A DNA stretch of 64,000 bases from assembly GCA_040285825.1 (NCBI GenBank), contig JAUPSS010000001.1:3658001-3722000 (forward strand). The letters run 5' to 3'. Shown here one piece after another: positions 1-11,893 of this stretch. Made by a program: the position numbers and the translations under genes. Below the pieces are notes generated by a model. That model did not search any database, was not told where the DNA came from, and was given only the letters and a program-made list of their open reading frames with translations. Each line of letters starts with the position of its first letter. Position 1 is the stretch's first letter. The DNA is from Eukaryota sp. TZLM1-RC (lineage: Eukaryota > Protista > Metamonada: BaSk clade).

Positions 1-2
1 GT

Positions 3-1847
3 ATCATTGAAGCTGCAGTTTCGTCTATTGTTGACGTCTACAATCATGTCACCATCCCACTTCCCTCTGGCAACTCCCTCACTTCCTCTATAAAGCGACT
101 TAACATTGAAAAGTCTAATTCCCAAGCCAAACAACATTTTCAGTGTCTGTTCGCTTCACAGGTCTTGGTACACGTGCTCAATGTCTTGCTCAGCCCAGCA
201 AGCTCTTTGGAACGAAAGAAGTACGGTATAGCTCTTTCCTCTCTTTTGTTAGACGTCAATACAACCAAGATGCTCTCGTTGATTGTAGATAACTCAGATT
301 TGTTTATTGTAACTTTATCTTCTTTTCTGACTGACAAGCTTGACTTTTTGAGACTGATGACGTGTGACTTGCTGGTTAAAATGACTGGTTGTAAGGATTC
401 GCAATCTATTCATGTGCGAAAATTGTTATTTTTCTGCGATATTTTAGACAAAATTGAACAATTTTATAAACAGTCTGGTTGGCTGGACTCTGGTGAATTA
501 GGATCAAAAGCAGTTGATTTGCTATCAAATTTGATTATAGACAGTCACAATCGGCAACTAATCCTTGAATGTGGTTATTTATCGAAATTATTGCCGTTAT
601 TACCTGATCCACATTTGGAAAGTGGGTCAAAAATAGCCCAGAAAGTAGTTCAAAAGCTCATAATTCCGTTGACATTGGAAGACCCAACAAAATTTCTTAC
701 AAATGATAGGAAACCGTTTATTCAATTACTAGGTTATGGACTGTTTCCAAAAATAGAAACAGCAACTAGACAATCAGCGTTGATTGCTCTATCAAATTTG
801 ATTGGAACAAATAACACATTTAGATTGGTTTCTGATGCAATTTTTAACCTTCCTGACCATGATGATTATCTTGATTGCAATCAAGCGACTGGATTGCAGT
901 TATTAACTGTTCATATTTTGAAGAGTGGAGATCGTGACGTTTTGATTGCTTCGTTTGAGCTCTTTTCGAAAATTTTAAGCTTGTATGAATCAGCTGATGA
1001 TTCAATCAAAATGATAGATCAAAATTATTCATTTTTTGACCGTCTCTTCCAATCAAAATTAACTTGTCGACATTATATTTTGCTGTTTTTACTTTCGAAT
1101 TCACGTCTGTTCAGCCAAAAAATCGATTTAAATTCTGTTTTTACAAATCAAAAAATTATTCAAGGTGATCATTTGTATTTTCAGTTACCAATATTGTTTA
1201 AATTTTTGCCACAAATAATACAGCTCAAGTCAGGATCACTGGACCTTGTCTCAGAATTATTTGAAATATTCAGTAATAGTCGATGTTTAATTCTGAAGGG
1301 TTTAATTAGCTGTATTTTGGTACAACTTTGTCAATTAGATTCGGAAATTCACGGGCTATTCACACAATTAAATGACCAAATTAATTTCAATTATTTTGCC
1401 AAATTAATTTCTTATTTACTAAGGGCAATAAATGACCTCAAACCTGAATTAACATCCAATCCTGACTCTTTCCTTTTTTGGAAACTTGATTGGGTGTTTT
1501 TAACCGACTACTTTGATCAATCACATTCTTTGATTGATGATTTAGCTGTCCCTTTGTCATCTTATAGTGACGTTTCATCTAAAATTGTTGAAGTTGAACA
1601 ACAATTAAAAATCGAAAGATTGCTTGTGAATGATCTTCAAGAGCAAATAGAAGCTCTTACTGAGGGTCAAGAACCTCAGGAAACATCAATCAAATCGCCA
1701 TTCAATTCTGATTGTAATAAGCTTGAAGCATTGACCATGGAAGTTGAACAATTATATGAAGCTCTAGACAAGAAAGAGGATTATATAGATGAGCTTGTTG
1801 GGTTGTTGGAAAACAATAATGTCACAGTTCCAGAATTTGAAGATTAA
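3..1847 (+). CDS. Uso1/p115-like vesicle tethering factor (ARM-repeat head + short C-terminal coiled coil); 5' end lies upstream of window
   Basis: Frame is open from position 3 to TAA at 1845-1847. Leu-rich helical repeats; 'LKGLISCILVQLC' resembles the p115 head; 'EVEQLYEALDKKEDYIDELVGLLENNNVTVPEFED' resembles the Uso1/p115 acidic tail. Confidence 0.6.
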   Translation: MIEAAVSSIVDVYNHVTIPLPSGNSLTSSIKRLNIEKSNSQAKQHFQCLFASQVLVHVLNVLLSPASSLERKKYGIALSSLLLDVNTTKMLSLIVDNSDLFIVTLSSFLTDKLDFLRLMTCDLLVKMTGCKDSQSIHVRKLLFFCDILDKIEQFYKQSGWLDSGELGSKAVDLLSNLIIDSHNRQLILECGYLSKLLPLLPDPHLESGSKIAQKVVQKLIIPLTLEDPTKFLTNDRKPFIQLLGYGLFPKIETATRQSALIALSNLIGTNNTFRLVSDAIFNLPDHDDYLDCNQATGLQLLTVHILKSGDRDVLIASFELFSKILSLYESADDSIKMIDQNYSFFDRLFQSKLTCRHYILLFLLSNSRLFSQKIDLNSVFTNQKIIQGDHLYFQLPILFKFLPQIIQLKSGSLDLVSELFEIFSNSRCLILKGLISCILVQLCQLDSEIHGLFTQLNDQINFNYFAKLISYLLRAINDLKPELTSNPDSFLFWKLDWVFLTDYFDQSHSLIDDLAVPLSSYSDVSSKIVEVEQQLKIERLLVNDLQEQIEALTEGQEPQETSIKSPFNSDCNKLEALTMEVEQLYEALDKKEDYIDELVGLLENNNVTVPEFED

Positions 1848-2145
1848 TTTTTTCTAATGAATTTTTTAAAATTTTGTCTGTTTTTCTTGTAATTTGTTTA
1901 TAAAAATTAGATTTATTCCTTTTATTTTTCCAACTGCTTGTCAAACTGCACATTTTCTTTTACTGTGCAAGACTGCGTTTTCATCTATATACAGTTGGAA
2001 ACATCAATTAAAAGAGATAATATATGATAATACCAGTGTTGCTAGAATAGGTATAGTATACTGCATAAAGGTACTCACTAGTGAGGTACATACATCAATT
2101 CACAACTGCCTCGCTTAAACAATATAATAAAACTTAATATAAGTT

Positions 2146-2297
2146 CATTTAAATTTCTACGTAAAGACAAAACAAAACAAAACAAAAACACATAAGAAAC
2201 AAAATTCTCCACGCCAACTCTTGAAGAATCCTTGTACAGCTTGGACATCATTAAACTCAAGTACTTGGGAACACTTCCGTACAAAGCGAAAATGACA
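2146..2297 (-). mobile_element. 5'-truncated 3' tip of CRE-like non-LTR retrotransposon (family E)
   Basis: Homologous to 44160-44290 and 46924-47040; flanked by a perfect 17-bp TSD AAAACTTAATATAAGTT (2129-2145, 2298-2314). Confidence 0.85.
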
Positions 2298-2689
2298 AAA
2301 ACTTAATATAAGTTGGTATTTAACTGGTATTCAGTTTGAACTAAAATTGCTTCGTTCACTTATTGAAGTTTTTGCCATTATTGATTAGGACAAAGTGTCT
2401 GTGAAAAAGGAAACTAGCAAGTCATTTTCTACGCTATAACTCAAACAGATTCAGTGAAAAATTGACTTTGTTTACTACAGTATTAAACTAAATACTAATA
2501 TTTAATAATACAGCAATATTTACTATAGAATTGAATCTTTCAATTTCATCATTGTTTCAAAGACAATTTCAAAGCAATAGGAGAAGCCGTCTAGCTTTGG
2601 TCTATTAAGACAATTTGAAAACCTAGTTTAATGAAAAACGTTTTTTTTAGAATTTTAATTTATCTAGTGGGGGATAAGAAATCATGAAA

Positions 2690-3085
2690 TACACAACTAA
2701 AACTCCACATCCTCAAAATTTTTTCTCCTACATCAACCTAAATTTATTATGATGTAGGAAAATTTCCCAAATGAGGAAAGTGAATCAGAAATCAGTTTAC
2801 CATTAAAAATATAATCCTGTTTTGCCGGTGAACACGATTGAAAATTCTCCCAGTTTTTTCCTCTACAACTACAACAAAATCCTCAAGAAAAGCCATAGCA
2901 TCTTGACCTAAAGATCCAACCAAGGGAACACAAAGTGACATAAATTATATTGGGCATGAGAATTTTCATTTACAGAGGAAATGGGTTTCGCGTTTTTAGC
3001 AATTGCATGTAACTCAATGTTTTGCATGTAACAGCAAGAAAAAGATTATTTACATCTGAGTTGATGAAATGTTCGTTAAAACAAT
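2690..3085 (-). mobile_element. Degenerate 3' fragment of CRE-like retrotransposon (family B, ...EDVEF end)
   Basis: Collinear with the 3' ends of the copies at 20701-21040 and 25400-25790. Confidence 0.8.
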
Positions 3086-3109
3086 TACAATGAAAACAAA
3101 AAAAATATA

Positions 3110-3790
3110 TATTCAACATGCACACTTAATTAAATTAACTCATAACTAATGGGACGACTATCATTGAACCAAGATTTCCTCTACAAAATCCTGATCTGCT
3201 TGCTGTCTAGCTAAAGCTTCTCTTATTCGATTGAAAAACCGAGGTAATCTATTAATAATGGCAAATTGAATCCGAGAACGCCATAAAAAAATATCAAAAC
3301 TTTCCATTGTTTTTTTGAACCAATTTTTGGAAGTCATTCAAAAAAAGTTTCTGCTTCATCTGATAATCTTGCATTTATCGAAGATGGGAAAGCAATAAAA
3401 ACTAGCTGTATATTTCTATCAGCATTAGCCTTTTCAATATCTTTATCATATTTTCTATGTTTTCCTTTTGCTTTAAAATCAAGAACACTCACAGGATTAA
3501 GTTTTCTTCTGTGAACCAAAGTATCATTTGCAACATTACATGAGACAAAGTCAACAATAGCTTCAGAATTATCAATCCAATCACAGTATACATCACCTCT
3601 ATCATCAGAACCAAAATTATTCAGAGAGAAAGTGTTTCCTTCAGCAGAGGCTCTTTGATACACGATATTCTTGTAGTTTGTGCCATATTGAAAACAGTGT
3701 CTCTAACAGCACCATGAAATGAAGAACGATAAGTTATCAATTTAGAACAATTCAGAGCATGATGCAAAGTGAGTTGAGGTGACAAGAAAA
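3110..3790 (-). mobile_element. 3' fragment of CRE-like retrotransposon (family A, ...FVEEILV end), RLE domain
   Basis: RGD..D..KHRKY endonuclease motifs in ORF 3334-3663; 3' UTR shared with 25985-26040 and 42820-42873. Confidence 0.85.
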
Positions 3791-3902
3791 CCTAATCTAT
3801 CTATTTGAAAAAGTTGAGGGGGTGTGTTTTCAGATTATTCCTTGGTGTACCATTCAACTCAGTGATACATAACAATACCATTTTTTTACTTTTTACCCAA
3901 GA

Positions 3903-5285
3903 TGTCGGCGCCCTAAGGCTTATATAATGTGATTAGAAAATAAATCAACTTTTCCTCATTGACTTTTCTTTACTACAATTGATTTTAGGCAACAATAATT
4001 ATTGGCCATTTTAAAGTCAAGGTATACATTATTAACTCTAGCAAACTTCAACACTCAACCAGCAAGATACTTTAACATGTCAGACATCTCAGACAAGGAT
4101 ATTGCTGACATTTAGCCATCTTCATCCCTTCAAATGCAACAGGGACAGGAAAAACAAACACAACATACAACTACACACAATAAAAAGGACAACGAGGCAA
4201 CGGACCCGGCTCCCACCTCCTCCTTAACAAAAGAACAAGACGAAGGAGTGGACTAGGTTTTCTTCCACAAAAGTAGTTTCAGAAGGAACAGGGCTGGAAC
4301 TAAATTTCTCCTCTCCTTCCAAAGCATAGAACAAGGTAACGAAAACGGACCCGGCTCCCTCTCCCCTCCAAAATGTAGAATCTGTCAGTAAGGTAACGGA
4401 TGAAAATCCCACCTTAAACAAGTCGACCCCCTAAGCAGAGTATGATGAATTTTATGCTCAACTAGATAACAAGGGGAGGATGACTCTAGTGATGGATTCT
4501 ACAAACTCCTAACAAGGACGCGGAGCCTTACCTCAAATTAATGGACTTTTATCCATTCGAGCGGCTCTCTCCCTTATGGAGCCAAACACAAAAGAAGTCG
4601 ACTATATACGAGGTTACGAGTAGACTTCACCTCCACTATTATTGTACTAGAATAACAAAAAATACGGTTGTTGCTTCTCTGATATTTTTAGTCGTAAAAC
4701 CAGTACATTAACAACAAAAGACTCCGCCTTCAGGTTTCTGAAGTTTGTTACTTTGCTTACTGTTGTTTTCATCCAACATAGACCCTACATGATCATTAGC
4801 GAATCCATTCTTCGATTCCATAATACATTTACCAAACGACACTATCACGTTACTCGTTTACGAAAAAGGGAAGAAGCAGAGCATCTTTATGTACCGATTA
4901 AAACATACACAACAAAGTATCCAAACACACAGATCTTGTAACGAGGCTCTTTTCAGTTATTGCTTACTACCTTATACTAACATTGTTGTGGGAGAGTCAT
5001 AGTACATCAATTATCGATCTTAAAAATGTAAAACCAGTGTTTGTGTGAATCCCGATCAGTGCAGAGTTAATAGTAGATAATAGAGCACATTAATATTTAT
5101 TTATTCAATTATTTATAGTTATTTAGTTTTTTGTTTATAGGCTTAGTTTCATATTCATATAAGCTGATTTATTTTGCAAAAGGGAAGAGGCAGTGTTGGC
5201 GCGAAGAGGCTTATATAATATGATTAGAAAATACATCAACTTGTGCTCATTGACTTTTCTTTACTGCAATAGACTTTAAACAACA
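3903..5285 (+). mobile_element. Miniature non-autonomous LTR element A (92-bp LTRs) with decayed unknown internal ORF
   Basis: Direct repeats 3903-3994 and 5194-5285, both 92 bp, with TG...CA ends. Polypurine tract AAAAGGGAAGAGGCAG at 5178-5193. ATAATTATTGGCC follows the 5' LTR. No clear TSD. Confidence 0.8.
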
Positions 5286-6309
5286 TAAATAGTAAAAATT
5301 GTAAAGACCAGAGATAATTTCGTCTGAACCACCATATTTTGTCAATGAATTCCCAACAATACTTTTTTCAGTTTTCTGCCATTGCACGTTATGTTTCCAC
5401 CTCATGCGTAATAAAAAACTAATAACACAACTATTTTACTGCATCTTAAGTAATTACAACTTAACTTATTTTAATATGCGTTACTTTCATATCTTCCAAA
5501 TTCAACGGCAGTTGATGAGTTGTGATTGGTGAATATCATTAGGATTATTTGTATTAGATTGTATTAGAAATGAGGAAATTTGAGTTTATTTTATTTCAAG
5601 GTTTATTTTGGTCTTTTTTCTTTCCTATTTTATTATCAACCCTTGTTTTGTTTCAATACCCATGACCAACAGATGGGGTCAAAAGAACCAAGTTTGGTTT
5701 ATCTCATGGTTTTCCTCATCCAAGTTCGTTCTTGGGAAATATTAATGAAATCACAAAACACTTGTTGGTTAAGTGACCAAATGAAGGAATTAAATGTACA
5801 AAAGCAAAATAAATTTCCCACAAGAAGACTATGTTGAAATTCAAACTTCAATCACATATTTCATTCTATTTCATTATTTTATTTTTTTAATTCTCTTATC
5901 TCTAGACCGTTTGCCCAGAAGTTTAATGAGTTATGTAATGAAGTTTTGTTACAATAAATAGGATGTAGAGTGTCTAATTGTGTGAGTCAACAATATAACA
6001 ATGTAACTGAAGTTGTTGAAATTGTCTCCTGTAGTGCTGCATTTGACATAGAGAAAATAACATGATCCTGTAGATTAGGGTCTCTCATCAAATAATTTTA
6101 AACAACTTTTTCCGAAAAACGAAGAAAACTCAATATGACAGAAATATAAATAAAACAAATAATAAAACAAATAATAAAATAATAATAAATAATTTCTATT
6201 AATTTTTCTTTAACCACAATCACTTTTCTATGAAATATATACATTTATTAGAAAACTTCTAAATCAACATTTAAATAATTTTTAAAGTTTTGTGAATTTT
6301 TTACCAAAA

Positions 6310-6866
6310 TTTTAATTTTATTCAAAACCTATAAATCAACATCTAAAAAATCCATCTCTCCCAAAACAAAAACACTAGATGCAACTATCTCATAGTGAGA
6401 TCCAAGAGAAAGCAAAGCATCAGAAACCATCTTCAACATCCCCTTAAAAATAGAAAACACAATTCCATTTGGCCATTACAATCTGTTGAAATTTCTGTTA
6501 GTTCTTCTCTTTACAATCATTTCAAAATCTGACAAAAAGCGTATAGCCGTGGGAGCAAGTGAACCAAGTAGAGAAAATACAAATGGATACAAATTGTATT
6601 TTGTATGCTGTTGGCTGGACAATTTGGACAAAGGTTCATTGTATTATTTGATTTTGAAATTTTCAGCATTTGAAAGAGGATTATGAATTTCAGAACTAGC
6701 AAGCCTTTCATTTGAGGCATTACAAGGATCAACAGACCTTACATCCAATAAAATGAAGCTTCCATCTAATCCAGGTAATTTGACATTACCTCTATTATTC
6801 TTATGAAAATCATCTTCAGTATCAAACAGATTTGACATCAGAGGTTCCAAAAAGGATTCAATTGCA
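6310..6866 (-). mobile_element. 3' fragment of CRE-like retrotransposon (family C)
   Basis: Near-identical to 41665-42220 (EPLxSNLFD..NNRG..LPGLDGSFILLDV). Confidence 0.9.
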
Positions 6867-6929
6867 ATTGACTAGAATGTATGTAATGTGTGTATTTGTT
6901 TCATCATCTGCAGGAATGACACTTTTCTA

Positions 6930-7330
6930 GTTTACAATACATTACTTTTCTAAAAGACAATCTGCGTTTACGATTTTTGAGGACAAACACTAGCAGCCGA
7001 AGTGTACTAATTGGTGATGGATGTAAGTTCACATGTCACCCTTTATAACCGCTGTTTTGAACAAAATGGGCTTTTTTTATATCGTATTTCCGCCAAATTA
7101 CCCAGAATCAATTCCTATTGAGGCGTACTTTTCGGTTTTAAGAAAAGAAATTCGTGATGCTCCCCACCAAATCAAAGGTAAAAGATGTATTGAGATTATT
7201 CTAACAGTTTTGCCAGAGCTTAAGTTCTATTGCACTGCTCTGTTCAATCACAGTGGGCGGATTGGTTGACAGCTGTATGAGTCTGCATATTGGTCTGAGA
7301 ATATATCTAAGTATATATTAGACCAATAAT
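6930..7330 (+). mobile_element. IS630/Tc1-mariner DDE transposase relic (D34E spacing)
   Basis: 'YITFLKDNL..SVLIGDGCK.H' then, after a 1-nt deletion near 7029, 'FPPNYPESIPIEAYFSVLR', matching the D..H / PxYSPELNPIE motifs. 34 residues between D and E once the frameshift is repaired. Confidence 0.7.
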
Positions 7331-7794
7331 TCAAAAATAAAATTGTTTATTATTAGAGAAATAACTGTCACTGGGCAAAACCTGCATTCACTATTTCATC
7401 GTTAGAACTATTGGATTGAGTTGCAGGCCGAGAGACAAAATCCTTTTCTACTCTTGGCATTCTGGATAAAGGAGCATGAAAGTCATCAGCATCATCAACC
7501 TGACCTCAAGCACGTTCAGCAAGTCGCAAAAGTCTTGCACGACCCGGAGATCTTCTTTTAAGAGACTGACAAAAGCATGCAACTTTTTTAAACAATAGAG
7601 TTCTTTAAACTTTATAAAACGATTAAAAAACGTTTTCGCTCAGCATCGATCCGAAATAGGTCGTGTGACAACATTTGTGCGACAACATTCTCAAAGTTTT
7701 CATCTTCGTCGTCACTTTCAGGTTGCTTGACTGCATTGAAAAATTGAGATAAATCGGTAGGTAAAATAGTAGAAAAAAAAATCGAAACCTGTAT

Positions 7795-8337
7795 TCATGC
7801 TTGCTTTGAGTTCGGCAACGTCTGATTTCAGCTCAACTCGGGAAAAGCGATCAAGTTCAGCAAGAGAATTAGCATTGAGTGGTATAAGGAGCTCGTCCTG
7901 GGAATGTCCTTCTAGTAGCAGATAAAGAGAATAAGCAAAACGTTCCCTGCATTGTGGCACATGCTGTTTGCCAAGTTTAAGCATTCGTCATTGAAGCACT
8001 CATCTTGCCTCAAGGGTACTACCATGTGTGTATCGGGGTTGAAACTGTTCTCATCGTCACGTAGTCTGTTAATGACAAGTCTTAGCTGTTCATCAAGTGT
8101 ACAGATACCCTTCCGAATGATTCGTTGATGAAATTGGAGTAAGAATGCAGACACAGCTCAATTGTCAACATTGGCAAAGACGTCATGCTCACACAGTTTC
8201 TTGAGTTCTTCAAGTACAAGACCGGGATCAAAAGCAGATATTTCTGCATTGGACACAAGACATTTGAAATTCTGACATGGATCAACATATGTCAGTTCGT
8301 TGTTGACCTTGACGTATAGATGAGAAGAAGGTGGCAC
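7795..8337 (-). pseudogene. Pseudogene X1 of unknown coiled-coil protein family X
   Basis: Homologous to X2/X3 but split across three frames; start codon is GTG at 8337 where X2/X3 have ATG; C-terminus truncated. Confidence 0.85.
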
Positions 8338-8401
8338 CAACTGACCAGTGACAAACTCTTGGAGGAAGGTTAGAATTAGGATATTGCAAAGCTTTTTGCG
8401 G

Positions 8402-11400
8402 ATGTCAGATCTTCTAGGTGTCAACCATCCTGGTAGGATCCATAAACAAAACAGCCCTTCTTCACTTTGTTGGAGTCCTTCCAACTTGATAGCCTTTGCT
8501 TCTGGCACTCTTGTCAATGTTGCCACCTCAACCAAAGTTATTGCTTCAATCCCAGCATCTTCACTCGTTTCATCTGTTATACTGTCCCCTACCACACCTG
8601 TTCACCATCCTACACATGATTCATCCACATTCCTTGCTTTCAGTACTATTGATGGATCCATTACTCTGTGGGATTTATGTACAAAGTCGATTCTGGGACA
8701 TATTACCTACTCTGATATCCTTTCTTTTATCTCAATCACTAACCCTAACCCTAACCCTAACTCACCTCCCTTATCTTCTCTCCACTTCATATACGATTCA
8801 GAACGATCTCCTTCATTTATTGCTTTCAGTCTAAGCTCCTTTCCTCAACTGATTATACTTGATCTAACCCTTTCTCCCGTTTCCTCCACGCCTCTTCCCT
8901 CTTCAACTCCATCCCTCTTTTCCCACTTATTCATGCCAAAGCTTTTGTTTTCTTATCATTCTGATTCAATGACATTGGTACCCATCAGAGTAGGTGACAA
9001 GGAGGTAGTGGTTGGAGAGGGGATTACTGTGTCTTCTGCAGTAATGGCAGTTTGCCCGGTTAATTTGACGTTTACTGAGTTGCTAGTGGTGATGTCATCA
9101 TCTGTTGACTTTGTTAAAATTTCAAACTTTTTCCAACCAGATCTTCCCAAATTTTCTCTATTAAAATCGTCTTGTAAATTCAATGGACCCCCACTGACTT
9201 CACTAGTGAAGGTACCCAGTGTTGGCTTTTCCAATGATTTTATTTTTGGTTTAAATGGAGATAATTTGGTGGTTTATGAGTTTAAAAATAACGAATATCA
9301 TTTAATTTATTCATTCGATCCCCTAAAAAATAAGAAAATAAAACATAAAAAAGCCAATTTAGGTGTTTCAAGTTTTGAAATCTTCCCATTTAACGAATGG
9401 GACCTCAATCGGTCGTCGGTCAATAATTCTAATCAATCTGTTTTGATTGCCATTCTCACTAGTGAAGGCCGATTAGCTCTTTATTGCTTGACTTTACAAG
9501 AAAAGTCGTGTAAAGTCTCAATCAGGTCAATCATCAGTCACGGTAGTTTCCCTTCTACTTGTATCTGCGTGGGAAATATTTGCAACAAGGATTTGGCTTT
9601 TGTTGGTGCTTTGGATGGAACCATTATTGGAAAGGATCTCAAAAATGGAAATGTTTTGTTTAAGATTCAGCCGTTTTCAATCCCTTGCCCAATTAGACAA
9701 ATAGAATTCACCCCATATGGATTATTTTTTGCCCTTTGGAGATTAAACGAAAGAAAAAATGAATATGAAAATTATATTGGATTTATTTATTTTGATGATC
9801 ATCTCAATTATGGATATACCCTTTTTAAATCAGAAACAATTAACTCGAATTTAAGGAATTTTTCATTAGGTTTTAATGGTAGGTTATTACTCTTGACTTT
9901 CAAAGACTCTGACCCGGAGATTTTTGACCTGTTCAGTAGGTCAAATATAGATGATTTTGGTCTTTCCAATGACCAATTTGTGAAACCTATAATTGGAAAT
10001 TCTTTAAAAAAATCAAAGTTTTTTTGTCCGTTCAAACTGGAAATCAATGCGTTACCATCTCAAGTTGTTACCAGTGTTTTTGATAAGGAAAGGATCGTTT
10101 TGTCATTAATTGATGGTTCAATTTTTTTAATTAATGTTGAAATTGACATGAATCTATTTGAATCGGAATTTAAACTTTCAAAACCAATCAGAATTTTGAT
10201 CCAGTTGCCTGACATTTTGAGCGCCTTGTCGTTGAATTGGCCCGAACTAGTAGGTGGAGACGTCAATGGCAACTGTCACATCATCAATCTTGAATCCAAA
10301 TCAATCACTCCAATTCCATCAAAAGGACAAAATCAATCAATCACAAAGTCAATCAGAGTCAAGCGTGGTCATGATGATTCTGATGAGTGCATTCTTGCAA
10401 CTTTGGCTGATGGTACTGTTACCGTTATTACTGTCGATCAGATCAAAAAGAAATCAATCAACGATAATCACAATCAATCAAATGATGTGATGGTCAACGA
10501 CATTCTTCCTGCTACTATTGCCAAGGTTCCAAGGGCGGCTGATGTTAGAATTTTTAATAATTCAGCTGTACTGCTAGCAGTGGATTCTTCCATCAGAGTA
10601 GTACCTTATTCCCTGAAAGCTGTTCATCCCAGGCCCATTAATAAAGGTCAAAATTGCCACGTCATTGGTTTGACTTTTTCAGAAAAACTTTTGTTGAGAA
10701 TGACTCTAACTTTGCTACTTTGTGTAAATAATGATATTGAATCAAATGTTCAAACTGAAATTTTGGATGATGTGGTTGTTGATCTCTTTTCACCAAATTT
10801 TCAAGTTGTCAGAGCAAAAAGAATTACATTTGAAGGAATTTCTTTCACAATACCCTCAACTCTATCACAACAAAATTCCGAGGTCAAGGCTTTTCTTTTG
10901 GTCAATGTGATTCTTGGTGACTTTTGGTCAGCATTTTTTGCGTATTACGCAATGTGTTGCCTCAACGGTATGGAAATGCCCACTGCTTTCAATAACTCCT
11001 TTGTTAACCCTCCACACGTCATCAGTCGTCATGTACAATCAATCAATTATTTTTCAAGTTTGATTGATCAGCTATCGGAAGCTGCTCAAAACGAATCTGC
11101 TTTTCAATCAATTATTCTATCTGATTTTGATACTGCCATTGAATTTACAAAATCTCAAACTTCTTTTGCACAGGTTTCGTTTGGTTTTGCAGCCATTCTT
11201 GGTAGTAAAATGGAGATTCAATCAGAGAGTAACCCATTAATTACTGATTTTTTGGCGAATTTAGCCAAATCAAAAGATGTTTTACTGTCGGTTGCTTCTT
11301 TATGTGCAATTAAGGAAATTGAACGAGCATTTTCTTTGTTGGTAGAGCATGAAATGTATGATTTAGCTCTAATTTTGGCTCACAAACATTCAGATTCGTG

Positions 11401-11743
11401 TCCTGGTCTCTTCTCGAAAATTTGGCCACGTCTTACTTCATTTTGGACAAACAAATTCCCTCTATTATCATCATCATATCTCTTTTTCTCGAAAAATTGG
11501 CATGAAATTGCAAAAGAACTGAACTCAGCTGGACATTTTCATTTGAGTTCGTGCATATTGAATTCCTTCAATCAATCAAATCAATCAAATGATTATGAAT
11601 CAAATTTACTTGATATAGTGCAGGAAACTAATCTTTTTACGGGTTCGATTGCACATCAATCTTGTAATTTTAAACCCCTTTCCAGGTACTTTTGGCAACT
11701 TGCCGGTTCTGAAGGTCTCGATTTACTCGATAAAATAGAGTAG
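8402..11743 (+). CDS. WDR11: WDR11-like WD40-repeat protein, intact copy 1
   Basis: ATG at 8402 (MSDLLGVNHPGRIHKQNSPSSLCWSPSNLIAFASG) resembles the WDR11 N-terminus; beta-propeller-like segments followed by a helical C-terminal region; uninterrupted ~1113 aa. Confidence 0.6.
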   Translation: MSDLLGVNHPGRIHKQNSPSSLCWSPSNLIAFASGTLVNVATSTKVIASIPASSLVSSVILSPTTPVHHPTHDSSTFLAFSTIDGSITLWDLCTKSILGHITYSDILSFISITNPNPNPNSPPLSSLHFIYDSERSPSFIAFSLSSFPQLIILDLTLSPVSSTPLPSSTPSLFSHLFMPKLLFSYHSDSMTLVPIRVGDKEVVVGEGITVSSAVMAVCPVNLTFTELLVVMSSSVDFVKISNFFQPDLPKFSLLKSSCKFNGPPLTSLVKVPSVGFSNDFIFGLNGDNLVVYEFKNNEYHLIYSFDPLKNKKIKHKKANLGVSSFEIFPFNEWDLNRSSVNNSNQSVLIAILTSEGRLALYCLTLQEKSCKVSIRSIISHGSFPSTCICVGNICNKDLAFVGALDGTIIGKDLKNGNVLFKIQPFSIPCPIRQIEFTPYGLFFALWRLNERKNEYENYIGFIYFDDHLNYGYTLFKSETINSNLRNFSLGFNGRLLLLTFKDSDPEIFDLFSRSNIDDFGLSNDQFVKPIIGNSLKKSKFFCPFKLEINALPSQVVTSVFDKERIVLSLIDGSIFLINVEIDMNLFESEFKLSKPIRILIQLPDILSALSLNWPELVGGDVNGNCHIINLESKSITPIPSKGQNQSITKSIRVKRGHDDSDECILATLADGTVTVITVDQIKKKSINDNHNQSNDVMVNDILPATIAKVPRAADVRIFNNSAVLLAVDSSIRVVPYSLKAVHPRPINKGQNCHVIGLTFSEKLLLRMTLTLLLCVNNDIESNVQTEILDDVVVDLFSPNFQVVRAKRITFEGISFTIPSTLSQQNSEVKAFLLVNVILGDFWSAFFAYYAMCCLNGMEMPTAFNNSFVNPPHVISRHVQSINYFSSLIDQLSEAAQNESAFQSIILSDFDTAIEFTKSQTSFAQVSFGFAAILGSKMEIQSESNPLITDFLANLAKSKDVLLSVASLCAIKEIERAFSLLVEHEMYDLALILAHKHSDSCPGLFSKIWPRLTSFWTNKFPLLSSSYLFFSKNWHEIAKELNSAGHFHLSSCILNSFNQSNQSNDYESNLLDIVQETNLFTGSIAHQSCNFKPLSRYFWQLAGSEGLDLLDKIE

Positions 11744-11893
11744 TTTGGATAAGATTAGTGTCTGTTGAAAATCTTCATTGTTTGATTTTCATTTTTGTTG
11801 TGTAAATAGTTTTTTCTGATAAATAGACTTTACTTCATATTATTTCCACTTGACTCAATCAACAGGAAAGTTTTGTATGTGCAGTGAGAGAAA

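Noticed and set aside
2037-2360. Possible solo LTR starting TGTTG around the family E insertion
   Set aside because: No second copy, clear end or TSD in the window.
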